A stretch of DNA of 36,615 nucleotides from Patescibacteria group bacterium. Its GTDB lineage: Bacteria; Patescibacteriota; UBA1384; UBA12157; JAENIV01. The stretch spans positions 1 to 36,615 of the forward strand of contig JBEKTP010000008.1 of NCBI GenBank assembly GCA_049515915.1, given 5' to 3'. Shown one piece after another: positions 24,347 to 32,645 of this stretch (within the stretch, counting starts at the first letter, position 1; every line of letters starts with the position of its first letter). The position numbers and the translations under genes were made by a program. The notes beneath the pieces are model-generated. The model had not been told where the DNA came from. It made no database searches and saw nothing but the letters and a program-made list of their open reading frames with translations.

Positions 24347-27300
24347 TTATGCGCATTTGGAATAGCCGCAGGAAGGACATTTAATACAGCCTTCGCTTAA
24401 CTCAAGAAGGCCGCCGCATTCGGGGCAGGCTGGAGCTTCGCCGGTGTCAGAGAGCGACGAAAGATTTTGAGAAATTTCTTTTCGAGCGATCGCGTCGGGA
24501 TCGGCGGCTGATGTCGTGCCGTCAGAAGCACCGTTTTTGAAATCCAAGTCAAGTTTTATTTGTTCGCGTTCAATATGTTTTTCTAAAATTTGAGCAATGG
24601 CATCGGGCATTGAAAGAACCATTTTACCATCTTCGCCCCAAATTGGTGTTGGGCCGCGGATGCCTTTGATTTGCTCGATGACATTGTGAACATCAACACC
24701 AGAGCGAAGGGCGAGCGAAATCAACCGGCAAATGGCTTCCGCTTTGGCGGCGAAAAAACCACCGGTTTTGCCTAGGTGCGAAAAGACTTCAAACGGATCG
24801 CCGCTTTCATCGTCGTTGATCGTCACGTATAAATTACCATAGCCAGTTTTGACTTTGTAGGTCAGCCCATTCATAATATTTGGCCGTTCGCGCGGAACGA
24901 GTTTGACATTTTCCGATACGACTGCCTGCGGCGTTTCGTCTTTCTTTTCACCTTTGCCTTTGGTCAAAACTTGATAGGCGCGCGAGCCATCGCGGTAAAC
25001 GGTTAAACCTTTGCAACCGAGTTTATAAGCTAAAAGGTAGGCATCGCGGACTTGTTCAAGGGTGGCGGAGTTAGGGAAATTGATTGTTTTGGAAATCGCC
25101 CCGTCAGTATGTTTTTGAAAAGCAGCCTGCATCCGAACATGCCACTCCGGCTCGATGTCGGAGGCGACTTTGAAGACGGTTTTGACTTCGTTCGGAATGC
25201 CGTCAATTTCCTGGATGGTCCCCTTCTCTAAAATTTCTTTCATTAAATCGTCGGAATAAAATCCTTTCTCTTTGGCCGTGCGCAAAAAATGTTCGTTGAC
25301 TTCCGGAAGGGCGTCGTTATCCATGACCGTTTTGGTGTAGGCCAAGGCAAAGAACGGTTCAATACCAGAAGAGGCAGTGCCGATAATACTTAAGGTGCCG
25401 GTCGGGTTACAGGAAGTCGTAGCAGCATTGTGCATCTTTGGCCGGCCGGGTTTATCCCAGATACTACCTTTAAAATTCGGAAACTCACCTCGCGTTTTAG
25501 CGAGCTTTTCTGATTCTTCATGGGAACGTTTTTCAATAAAACCCATGATTTTTTCGGCCATTTCGATTCCTTCGAGCGAATCATAAGCCACGCCAATATC
25601 GTAGAGCATATCGGCAAAGCCCATCACCGTGATGCCAACTTTGCGGTTTTTAAAAGTCATCTCGCGGATTTCGTCAATAGGATATTTATTGACGTCAATA
25701 ACATTGTCCATAAAATGCATGATAATCGGCATTGTTTTGTCAAGTTTTTCCCAATCAACTTCAAATTTGTCAGAAGTCTTTTTAACAAATTTTTTAAGGT
25801 TGATGGCGCCTAAGTTGCAGGATTCGTAAGGCAAAAGTGGCTGCTCGCCGCAGTCAAGGCTAATAAACCCATTGGTAATAAAAGAATAGGTTACTGGTTC
25901 GGTTAAATCGAAAACTTCCTTTTGGCCAATTATTCTCTTGAAGGAAATTTGATCTTCAAAAGTTTCTTTATAAAACTCGTAATTTTGAAGTTTTTTAATT
26001 TTATCAATATGTTTTATCCCAAGGAAACCGATTTGGGATACAAAGGCTTTAATATTTTCGCGAGAAATTTGCAGCTCAAAGCAGATACCGTCACTGGTAT
26101 AGGTTTTTTCAACCCCTTTAATTGTTTGGTATGGAAAAATTTGTCTGGCCTTACGGGAACGGTTATAAATTGTCGTTTTAATGCCTAAATTAATTAAAAT
26201 TATTTGGGTTTGCTTTAATAGCTTGAGAGATTTGCTAGTCAGTCTAATATAGTGGGTGTTATTAGTCTCATTGATCCCGACCGTTCCATCAGCTGTAAAC
26301 AGCCCTTGTAAGAACCCAATAACAATTTCCTTTGGGGCATTAAAGATCTTCTCAGGGACTTCTTTGCTTTCGGCTGAAACTGGTATTACTCCCAAATTAT
26401 TAAAGAAAGAAGCAAACTCTTGAGAATGGTATGACAAATGCCAAACGTGATTTTTTCTTTTAACTGTCTGGATTGGCTGACCATACCATTGATTAAGAAT
26501 GTTTTGAGCATATTTTAAGACAGAGGCATCCTTGTCGGAAAAAGTAAAACCGACCCGACAGTTTTTATCCCCAATTCTAAGCCAGCCGTCGCCAACCAGT
26601 AATCCCAAAATCTGCCCCAACTCTTTCGACCATTTCCGGGGTAAATTAAGCTTCCCCTCTTTAGTTTCAGGGAGGAGATAGTTTTGGCTAAATTGGCCTT
26701 TCTTGTTTTGAATGTAAACCGTGCTTCCGACTTTCAGATCTTTGATGGCGACCCACCCTTTCGGGGTAAGGATTTTGTGATCTAAAGTCGACTCGAGCTC
26801 GTAGCCGCTTTTGGTTATAATTTTTGCAATGGTTTTTTTGCCGTTAGTGAAAATTTTCGTAATTGGTCTTAAGGAAATCTGATCAGCTCCGATCACACGA
26901 TCGTCTGTTGAAATTGAAGTTAGTGTTCCACCGAGACGAAATCGTTGGTAGATATCGCCCATTTTTTCTAAGCCGTTGTTGGTGGGAATTAAAGTATCGG
27001 CAGTAACGCAAGGGTTGGTCGCTTCAATTTCACCGACTTGGGGCGTCGGGTTTTTCTCATTAATTTTATCTAAGAAAATGACGCCGGGTTCACCATTACG
27101 CCATGCGCCGGCGACAATTTTATCAAAAACCTCTTTGGCTTTTAAGGTGGAGGCGACTTCTCCGTTACGCGGATTAACTAAATTATATTCGCCATCTTTT
27201 TCAAGAGCATCCATGAATTTTTTTGTCAGCGCGACGGAGATATTGAAATTGGTTAAAGTGCCATCTTTTTCTTTGTAGTCAATAAAGTCCAAAATATCAG

Positions 27301-27952
27301 GGTGGTCAACGCGGAGAATTCCCATATTGGCCCCGCGCCGGGTGCCGCCTTGCTTAATTTGCTCGGTGGTATCATTGTACATCTGTAAGAATCCGATCGG
27401 GCCGCAGGAAATGCCGCCGGTTGAGCCAACAACGTCATTTTTTGGGCGAAGCCGTGAAAACGAAAATCCTGTCCCGCCGCCGGATTTATGGATCAATCCC
27501 ATATGCATTTGGGTTTTTAAAATTTCTCCCATATCGTCTTCAATTGGCAAAACAAAACAAGCCGCTAACTGGCCGAGTTTCGTGCCAGCGCCGGTAAAAG
27601 TTGGCGAGTTGGGGAGAAATTCCAAGCGGGCCATAATATTATAGAACTCTCGTTCGGTTTGAGCGATCTCGTCTTTGGTGGCGCCATAGATTTTGTCGGC
27701 TCCCGCAATATGACGGGCAACCCGGTGAAACATATCTTCGGGCGTTTCGAGCGGTTTTCGATTACCATCTTTAATGACATAGCGTTTCTCGATTACTTTG
27801 AGGGCATTTTCGGAAAGTTTCAATTCCGCTTCGGGCTCAAGCTTAATCGCTTCTTTTTTAGGAACTTCGGTTTTTAGGAGATTAGAAAACAATGGACCTT
27901 TGTTGTCATCAACAGAGAGCTTGATTTTTTCAAGTTTAATAATTTCAGACAC
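24347..27952 (-). CDS. nrdJ: Adenosylcobalamin-dependent (class II) ribonucleotide reductase with intein, TSCPD-like domain and C-terminal Zn ribbon
   Basis: FLPNSP, ACFV, GGGTGFSFS, QGGTRRGANM, NP|CGEQPLLPYESCNLG, ISKTINFP, KGLTVYRDGSR and CPECG..CIKCPSCGYSKC; GTG 27952 after AAAGGAGG. Confidence 0.95.
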   Translation of the reverse strand: MSEIIKLEKIKLSVDDNKGPLFSNLLKTEVPKKEAIKLEPEAELKLSENALKVIEKRYVIKDGNRKPLETPEDMFHRVARHIAGADKIYGATKDEIAQTEREFYNIMARLEFLPNSPTFTGAGTKLGQLAACFVLPIEDDMGEILKTQMHMGLIHKSGGGTGFSFSRLRPKNDVVGSTGGISCGPIGFLQMYNDTTEQIKQGGTRRGANMGILRVDHPDILDFIDYKEKDGTLTNFNISVALTKKFMDALEKDGEYNLVNPRNGEVASTLKAKEVFDKIVAGAWRNGEPGVIFLDKINEKNPTPQVGEIEATNPCVTADTLIPTNNGLEKMGDIYQRFRLGGTLTSISTDDRVIGADQISLRPITKIFTNGKKTIAKIITKSGYELESTLDHKILTPKGWVAIKDLKVGSTVYIQNKKGQFSQNYLLPETKEGKLNLPRKWSKELGQILGLLVGDGWLRIGDKNCRVGFTFSDKDASVLKYAQNILNQWYGQPIQTVKRKNHVWHLSYHSQEFASFFNNLGVIPVSAESKEVPEKIFNAPKEIVIGFLQGLFTADGTVGINETNNTHYIRLTSKSLKLLKQTQIILINLGIKTTIYNRSRKARQIFPYQTIKGVEKTYTSDGICFELQISRENIKAFVSQIGFLGIKHIDKIKKLQNYEFYKETFEDQISFKRIIGQKEVFDLTEPVTYSFITNGFISLDCGEQPLLPYESCNLGAINLKKFVKKTSDKFEVDWEKLDKTMPIIMHFMDNVIDVNKYPIDEIREMTFKNRKVGITVMGFADMLYDIGVAYDSLEGIEMAEKIMGFIEKRSHEESEKLAKTRGEFPNFKGSIWDKPGRPKMHNAATTSCNPTGTLSIIGTASSGIEPFFALAYTKTVMDNDALPEVNEHFLRTAKEKGFYSDDLMKEILEKGTIQEIDGIPNEVKTVFKVASDIEPEWHVRMQAAFQKHTDGAISKTINFPNSATLEQVRDAYLLAYKLGCKGLTVYRDGSRAYQVLTKGKGEKKDETPQAVVSENVKLVPRERPNIMNGLTYKVKTGYGNLYVTINDDESGDPFEVFSHLGKTGGFFAAKAEAICRLISLALRSGVDVHNVIEQIKGIRGPTPIWGEDGKMVLSMPDAIAQILEKHIEREQIKLDLDFKNGASDGTTSAADPDAIARKEISQNLSSLSDTGEAPACPECGGLLELSEGCIKCPSCGYSKCA
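25853..27010 (-). mobile_element. 386-aa intein with LAGLIDADG homing endonuclease and atypical C-terminal Asp
   Basis: Interrupts TNP|CGEQ; begins CVTADTLI; block B TLDHKIL; LAGLIDADG motifs LGLLVGDG and LQGLFTADG; block F VFDLTEP; ends SFITNGFISLD before the extein Cys. Confidence 0.93.
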
Positions 27953-28143
27953 AAAACCTCCTTTAGGTCCGATTTCCAATTAAAAATCGGATATGTGAGA
28001 ACAAAAACAAACAACAGAAAGGGAAGGGCATTTTTCCTATTGTTTATTTTTGATCTTAGTCAAATGAAAGCTCGTTAGGGCCATTGGGCCACCGAAGCTT
28101 GTTTTTGATCTAAACTTTAGTTTCTTTGTTAAAAAAACAGGTT

Positions 28144-29274
28144 TTATTTTAGTTTGCGTCGGATGAATGCGGGAACTTCTAAATCGTCCTCAAGGTTTTC
28201 TTCCTCCGCGGTAAAGTCGTTAGTTTGGAGCGGCGGTTCTGGCTGGATGGATTGTTCGGGTGTTTGAGAGGTTGGAAATGCATTTCGAATAGGCATTTTA
28301 TCTAAACCGGTTTTTGGTTTGCGGTCAGTATCAAAGCCGGTCGCAACCACGGTGATTTTAATTTCGCCGGACATGGCTTCGTCAATGATCGCCCCGAAGA
28401 TAATATTAGCATCGGGATCGGCCGCTTCAGTGATGGCTTTAGCTGCTTCATCAATTTCATACATACCCATATCGGGGCCACCGGTGATATTAAACAAAAT
28501 TCCTTTGGCGCCGTCGATGGAAAGTTCCAGAAGCGGTGAATCAATAGCGGCCCGAGCGGCTTCGATAGCTCGGTTATCGCCGGACGCCCGGCCAATACCC
28601 ATTAAAGCCGAGCCGGCATCCGACATAATTGTGCGAACATCAGCAAAGTCAACGTTGATAATTCCATGTAGAGTAATTAAGTCTGAAATGCCTTGAACGC
28701 CTTGGCGTAAAACGTCATCAACAATGCCGAAAGCGTCAAACAAGGAAGTTTTTTTGTCGATAATTTGCAACAGGCGATCATTAGGAATAGTAATTAAGGT
28801 ATCGACTTTGTCGCGTAACTCCTCAATGCCCAACTCGGCCACTTTCATTCGGCGCTGACCTTCAAAACTAAACGGCTTAGTGGTGACTCCAACTGTTAAA
28901 GCGCCAAGCTCTTTGGCAATGGAGGCGACCAACGGTCCGGCGCCTGTGCCCGTACCGCCGCCAGAACCATAAGTCACAAAAACCATATCGGAACCTTTTA
29001 AAGCTTCGTAAACTTCATCTTTGTTTTCTTCAATTGATTTACGTCCGAGTTCCACATCTGAGCCAGCACCCAAGCCGCGGGTTGTTTCTTTGCCGATTTG
29101 GATTTTGATGGGCGCTTGGTTATGGACTAACGCTTGAGCATCAGTATTGACGGCGATGAATTCAATGCCTTTAAGTTTCTGTGAAATCATGCGGTTGATA
29201 ACATTTCCACCCGAACCACCAACCCCGATCACTCTAATTGTGGCAAACGTTTCGATCTCGGGACCTTTTTCCAT
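28144..29274 (-). CDS. ftsZ: Cell division protein FtsZ
   Basis: GVGGSGGN, NTDAQAL, GGGTGTG, INVDFADV and C-terminal LEVPAFIRRK. Confidence 0.98.
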   Translation of the reverse strand: MEKGPEIETFATIRVIGVGGSGGNVINRMISQKLKGIEFIAVNTDAQALVHNQAPIKIQIGKETTRGLGAGSDVELGRKSIEENKDEVYEALKGSDMVFVTYGSGGGTGTGAGPLVASIAKELGALTVGVTTKPFSFEGQRRMKVAELGIEELRDKVDTLITIPNDRLLQIIDKKTSLFDAFGIVDDVLRQGVQGISDLITLHGIINVDFADVRTIMSDAGSALMGIGRASGDNRAIEAARAAIDSPLLELSIDGAKGILFNITGGPDMGMYEIDEAAKAITEAADPDANIIFGAIIDEAMSGEIKITVVATGFDTDRKPKTGLDKMPIRNAFPTSQTPEQSIQPEPPLQTNDFTAEEENLEDDLEVPAFIRRKLK

Positions 29275-29318
29275 TGAATAGCTCCAAATAAAATTAAACC
29301 ACTGAGAGTTTTTTGACT

Positions 29319-30548
29319 TTAAGGCAAAAATTGTTTGAAAAAGCCTTTCGCTTTATCTAAAACATTGCCTGAAATTTTTGATCCGCGAAAATTATTACTT
29401 GACGCGTGCTCAAAAGCGTAGAGCATCAAGCCCACACTTGTAGCATACACAGGGTCAGATAGCTTGTCAACAAAACCACCTATTTCGTATATTGGCCGTC
29501 CCAGCATGGCAGGAAGCCTCAATTCGTCTTTCGTAGCTTCAACTAGATCTTCTAACTTCGAACCACCGCCTGTCAAGACCACTCCGGCCGGAAGCAGAGC
29601 ATCTTTACCAATACTCTTGAGTTCTTGGCGGACTAAAGCATAGATTTCTCCAAGACGTGCCTGAACGATTTCGGAAACATATTTTCGTTCAATTCGTTGA
29701 GTATCGCCTGAATCAAATTGTGAAAGGGAAATCGTTTCGGACTCACGAATTTTGTCCGGCAAAGCGGCAGCATATTTGACTTTTATTTTTTCAGCGGTCT
29801 CTACCGATGTTCGAAGTCCGATGGCCAAATCGTTGGTGATATGCGATGAACCGACAGGAATAACGGCCGCATGCAAAATATCGCCTTCTTCAAAAACGAT
29901 CATGGAGGTGGTACCCCCACCCATATCTAAAAGCATTACCCCGATTTCTTTTTGTTTTTTGGAAATTAGTCCAACGGCGGTGGCCAGGGGTGAAAAAACC
30001 AGATCGTCAATACCCAAACCTGCTTGATAAATACATTTGGTGAGATTTTTAATGGCTGAAGTTGCGGCCCCGACCACTAACGCCTCGACCTCGAGCCGGA
30101 TGCCGGTCATCCCGATCGGATCAGAGATTTTTTCTTGGCCGTCAACAGTATAAGAGCGCGGAATAACATGAATGATTTCACGGTTTGGCGGCAAAGCAAC
30201 AGTGCGAGCGGCATCGATGACGCGATCGATATCAGCCGGTGAAATTTCACCGTCAGCTCGAGCAACCGCGACCACTCCTTTGGAAATACTTGTACTTATA
30301 TGTGAACCCGAAATGCCAATGACGGCCGATTTAATCGGTGAACCGCTCATTATTTCAAGTTTGTCTAACGATTCGGAAATGGCCGAAACCGTATCTTCAA
30401 TATCGGTCACAATGCCCTTGCGGACACCATTGTTTGGGACTCTTACCGAACCAATTATATTAACCATTCCTTCGTTAATACTGCCCGAAGTCGCGACAAC
30501 TTTGGTCGAACCGACATCAAGCCCAATAAAGAGACTTTCTTTTGGCAT
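29319..30548 (-). CDS. ftsA: Cell division protein FtsA
   Basis: GLDVGSTKV, DMGGGTT, HITNDL, VLTGGGS, YATSVGL and a C-terminal amphipathic helix. Confidence 0.97.
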   Translation of the reverse strand: MPKESLFIGLDVGSTKVVATSGSINEGMVNIIGSVRVPNNGVRKGIVTDIEDTVSAISESLDKLEIMSGSPIKSAVIGISGSHISTSISKGVVAVARADGEISPADIDRVIDAARTVALPPNREIIHVIPRSYTVDGQEKISDPIGMTGIRLEVEALVVGAATSAIKNLTKCIYQAGLGIDDLVFSPLATAVGLISKKQKEIGVMLLDMGGGTTSMIVFEEGDILHAAVIPVGSSHITNDLAIGLRTSVETAEKIKVKYAAALPDKIRESETISLSQFDSGDTQRIERKYVSEIVQARLGEIYALVRQELKSIGKDALLPAGVVLTGGGSKLEDLVEATKDELRLPAMLGRPIYEIGGFVDKLSDPVYATSVGLMLYAFEHASSNNFRGSKISGNVLDKAKGFFKQFLP

Positions 30549-30638
30549 GACCCAACAACCCTCCTCTAACCTTGTTTAATTTGTGAACATTAAAATCATT
30601 TCAGAGCTGAAGAAGCCTTTTATTCTATATTATCAAAA

Positions 30639-31007
30639 TTAATGATGTTTGCCAATGAGGTGATTGAGGCCATGGATGATTAAAAATTCCAGTTCAGCTT
30701 CTGGAGAGATTTTTTTAATGGCGGCATTTTTTATAAACTCTTTTGAGCTGATAAATATATCGCCTAAGTTAACCTCACCCTTTTTAGGAATATCATGCAG
30801 TTTTTCCCAGATGGGGAAACTTAGGATATCCGTCGTTTTGTTAATTTGGCGATATTTTTTATTTAACGATCGCATTTTTTGGTCCGAAATAAAAAAAATA
30901 CTCACGGATAATTTTGGATTGAGAGAGTTTTTTTGGCAGAATTTTTTAATGGTTTCGCGGGTAATTTGAAAATATTTTTTTGGCGTCTTATCAATTGAAA
31001 TTTTCAT
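30639..31007 (-). CDS. ybeY: rRNA maturation endoribonuclease YbeY (short form)
   Basis: LNKKYR...TTDILSFP, LGDIFIS and HGLNHLIGKHH motifs. Confidence 0.9.
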   Translation of the reverse strand: MKISIDKTPKKYFQITRETIKKFCQKNSLNPKLSVSIFFISDQKMRSLNKKYRQINKTTDILSFPIWEKLHDIPKKGEVNLGDIFISSKEFIKNAAIKKISPEAELEFLIIHGLNHLIGKHH

Positions 31008-31447
31008 TTTGTTAATTCTTCTTTTACGATACGCGAAACGGTACGGCCATCGGCTTTACCTTTGAAATCCACCATTAGTTGGCCCATTACCTTGCCCATG
31101 TTTTCGATCCCATGAAAATTTTCTTTAGCAATAATATCTTGAGCTTTTGCCTGGATTTCTTCGGCAGAGGCTTGCTTGGGGAGATATTGAGAGAGAATCT
31201 CAATTTCTTTTTCTTCTTTTTCGGCTAACTCCGGACGATTACCCTTTTTAAAAACTTCAGCCGATTCCTGACGGGTCTTAATTTCTTTTTGTAGAACAGT
31301 TGCAATGTCAGTGTCATCAAGCTCTTTTTGAGCAGCGATTTTAAAATTTGTTATCGCTGCTTTAAGCATTCTTAAAACAGAAACAGTTGATTCGTCCTTC
31401 GATTTTAAGGCGATGATTAGGTCTTTATCAATTTTTTCAAGCAACAT
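31004..31447 (-). CDS. GatB/YqeY domain protein
   Basis: ALKSKD...LRMLKAAI, R.ES...F..GNR.ELA.KE, YLPKQ, MGKVMG and KGKADG motifs. Confidence 0.92.
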   Translation of the reverse strand: MLLEKIDKDLIIALKSKDESTVSVLRMLKAAITNFKIAAQKELDDTDIATVLQKEIKTRQESAEVFKKGNRPELAEKEEKEIEILSQYLPKQASAEEIQAKAQDIIAKENFHGIENMGKVMGQLMVDFKGKADGRTVSRIVKEELTK

Positions 31448-31512
31448 AAGCACCTTTACAAACTACAAAATTATATAAAAGTATAAAATCTTTTTTGTAT
31501 TTTGTAATCATT

Positions 31513-31728
31513 TTAGTAGCCTCGTTTTATTTTTTTTCGAACTGCTTTTCGGCGAGCCGACTCGCGGATTTGTTCGCGCGAAAGTTCTCGCTCTCGAAAA
31601 CGTCTTTTTTTGATTTCAGTTAAAATACCGCTTTGCTGAATATCACGAAAAAACCTTCGTAACATTACTTCAAAAGGTTCGGTTCTTTCGCCTCGATTTT
31701 GTCGATCATAACCTCGGGGTTGTTCCAA
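31513..31728 (-). CDS. rpsU: 30S ribosomal protein S21
   Basis: EPFEVMLRRF....QQSGILTEIKKRRF with a basic tail; HIT-rpsU-yqeY order; TTG 31728 follows GGATGGTGAT SD (ATG 31740 is an alternative). Confidence 0.8.
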   Translation of the reverse strand: MEQPRGYDRQNRGERTEPFEVMLRRFFRDIQQSGILTEIKKRRFRERELSREQIRESARRKAVRKKIKRGY

Positions 31729-31760
31729 AAAAATCACCATCCTTCTATTAATTCTCATTA

Positions 31761-31789
31761 ACTATATCACAAATTAAGTAATGGGTCAA
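31761..31789 (-). promoter_or_regulatory. Promoter for rpsU
   Basis: TTGACC, 17 bp, TATAGT, with extended TG. Confidence 0.6.
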
Positions 31790-32127
31790 CCCGATTTGTC
31801 GAGTGGCTCGCCGCCCAGCAGATGCAAATGGAGATGGTGGACGGTTTGTCCAGCGTGCGGGCCGACATTAAAAGCTAAGCGGTATCCGGTTTGGTCAATC
31901 TTTTTTTCTTGAGCTAATTTCTTTCCGACGATTATTAGTTTACCGATCAATTGGGAGTCGGATTCTTCGAGTTCATTCATATTCTTAATATGCTTTTTTG
32001 GAATAATTAAAATATGGACTAGAGCTTGAGGAGCGTTGCTTGGAAAAGCTAAAATCTCATCGTCCTCATATTCGACTTTCACTGGCAATTCTTTTTTGAT
32101 AATTTTGCAAAAAACACATTTTTCCAT
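31786..32127 (-). CDS. Histidine triad (HIT/HinT) nucleotide-binding protein
   Basis: CVFCKII, HILIIPKKHI and GQTVHHLHLHLLGG motifs. Confidence 0.95.
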   Translation of the reverse strand: MEKCVFCKIIKKELPVKVEYEDDEILAFPSNAPQALVHILIIPKKHIKNMNELEESDSQLIGKLIIVGKKLAQEKKIDQTGYRLAFNVGPHAGQTVHHLHLHLLGGEPLDKSG

Positions 32128-32128
32128 T

Positions 32129-32548
32129 TTAGTACGCCCTTCTCGATCGAAGAAAATTGACCCAATTTTCTTCGACCCATCTTTTTTCTAATTGTAATAA
32201 ATCTCGAAAGCCACGATCAACCATTTCGTGACGAACAACACCGCCTTTGTGAGGGTGACGATAGGTTTGTTTAAGCGGGCTGGCAAAACCATGAGCGTAG
32301 TGGGTTAATTCATGAGCTAAAACCGCTTCGATGACGAACTCGGGAATATCCAGATCGATAAAATGCCCGTTAATAGTAATAATGGTATTCGGGTTCTCGC
32401 GGCGTCGGCCGAATTTAATTGAACCTAATCTTGTTCGCGTTGGCCGACCGAATTTGACAAAAACATTGTTGGCCACCGGCACGTCGGGAAAGTATCGTTG
32501 CCAAATTTGGGCAAGCTTTTCTTTAAGCCAGCGGTTATCTCTCTGCAT
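32129..32548 (-). CDS. SprT-like HExxH zinc metalloprotease-family protein
   Basis: VLAHELTHY...HPH, RLGSIK and ITIN motifs. Confidence 0.7.
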   Translation of the reverse strand: MQRDNRWLKEKLAQIWQRYFPDVPVANNVFVKFGRPTRTRLGSIKFGRRRENPNTIITINGHFIDLDIPEFVIEAVLAHELTHYAHGFASPLKQTYRHPHKGGVVRHEMVDRGFRDLLQLEKRWVEENWVNFLRSRRAY

Positions 32549-32645
32549 GGCCTTATTATTATCGAAAAATAAACTAAAAACAAGCTTATCGAGTAAATAG
32601 CCATTGGAGACGATTTTTTCTCAGCTCTAGTATTTTTAAGAACTT

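Noticed and set aside
30639-31007. YbeY as a truncated pseudogene because it ends right after the His motif
   Set aside because: All three metal-binding His positions and the upstream motifs are present with no frameshift evidence; treated as a short variant.
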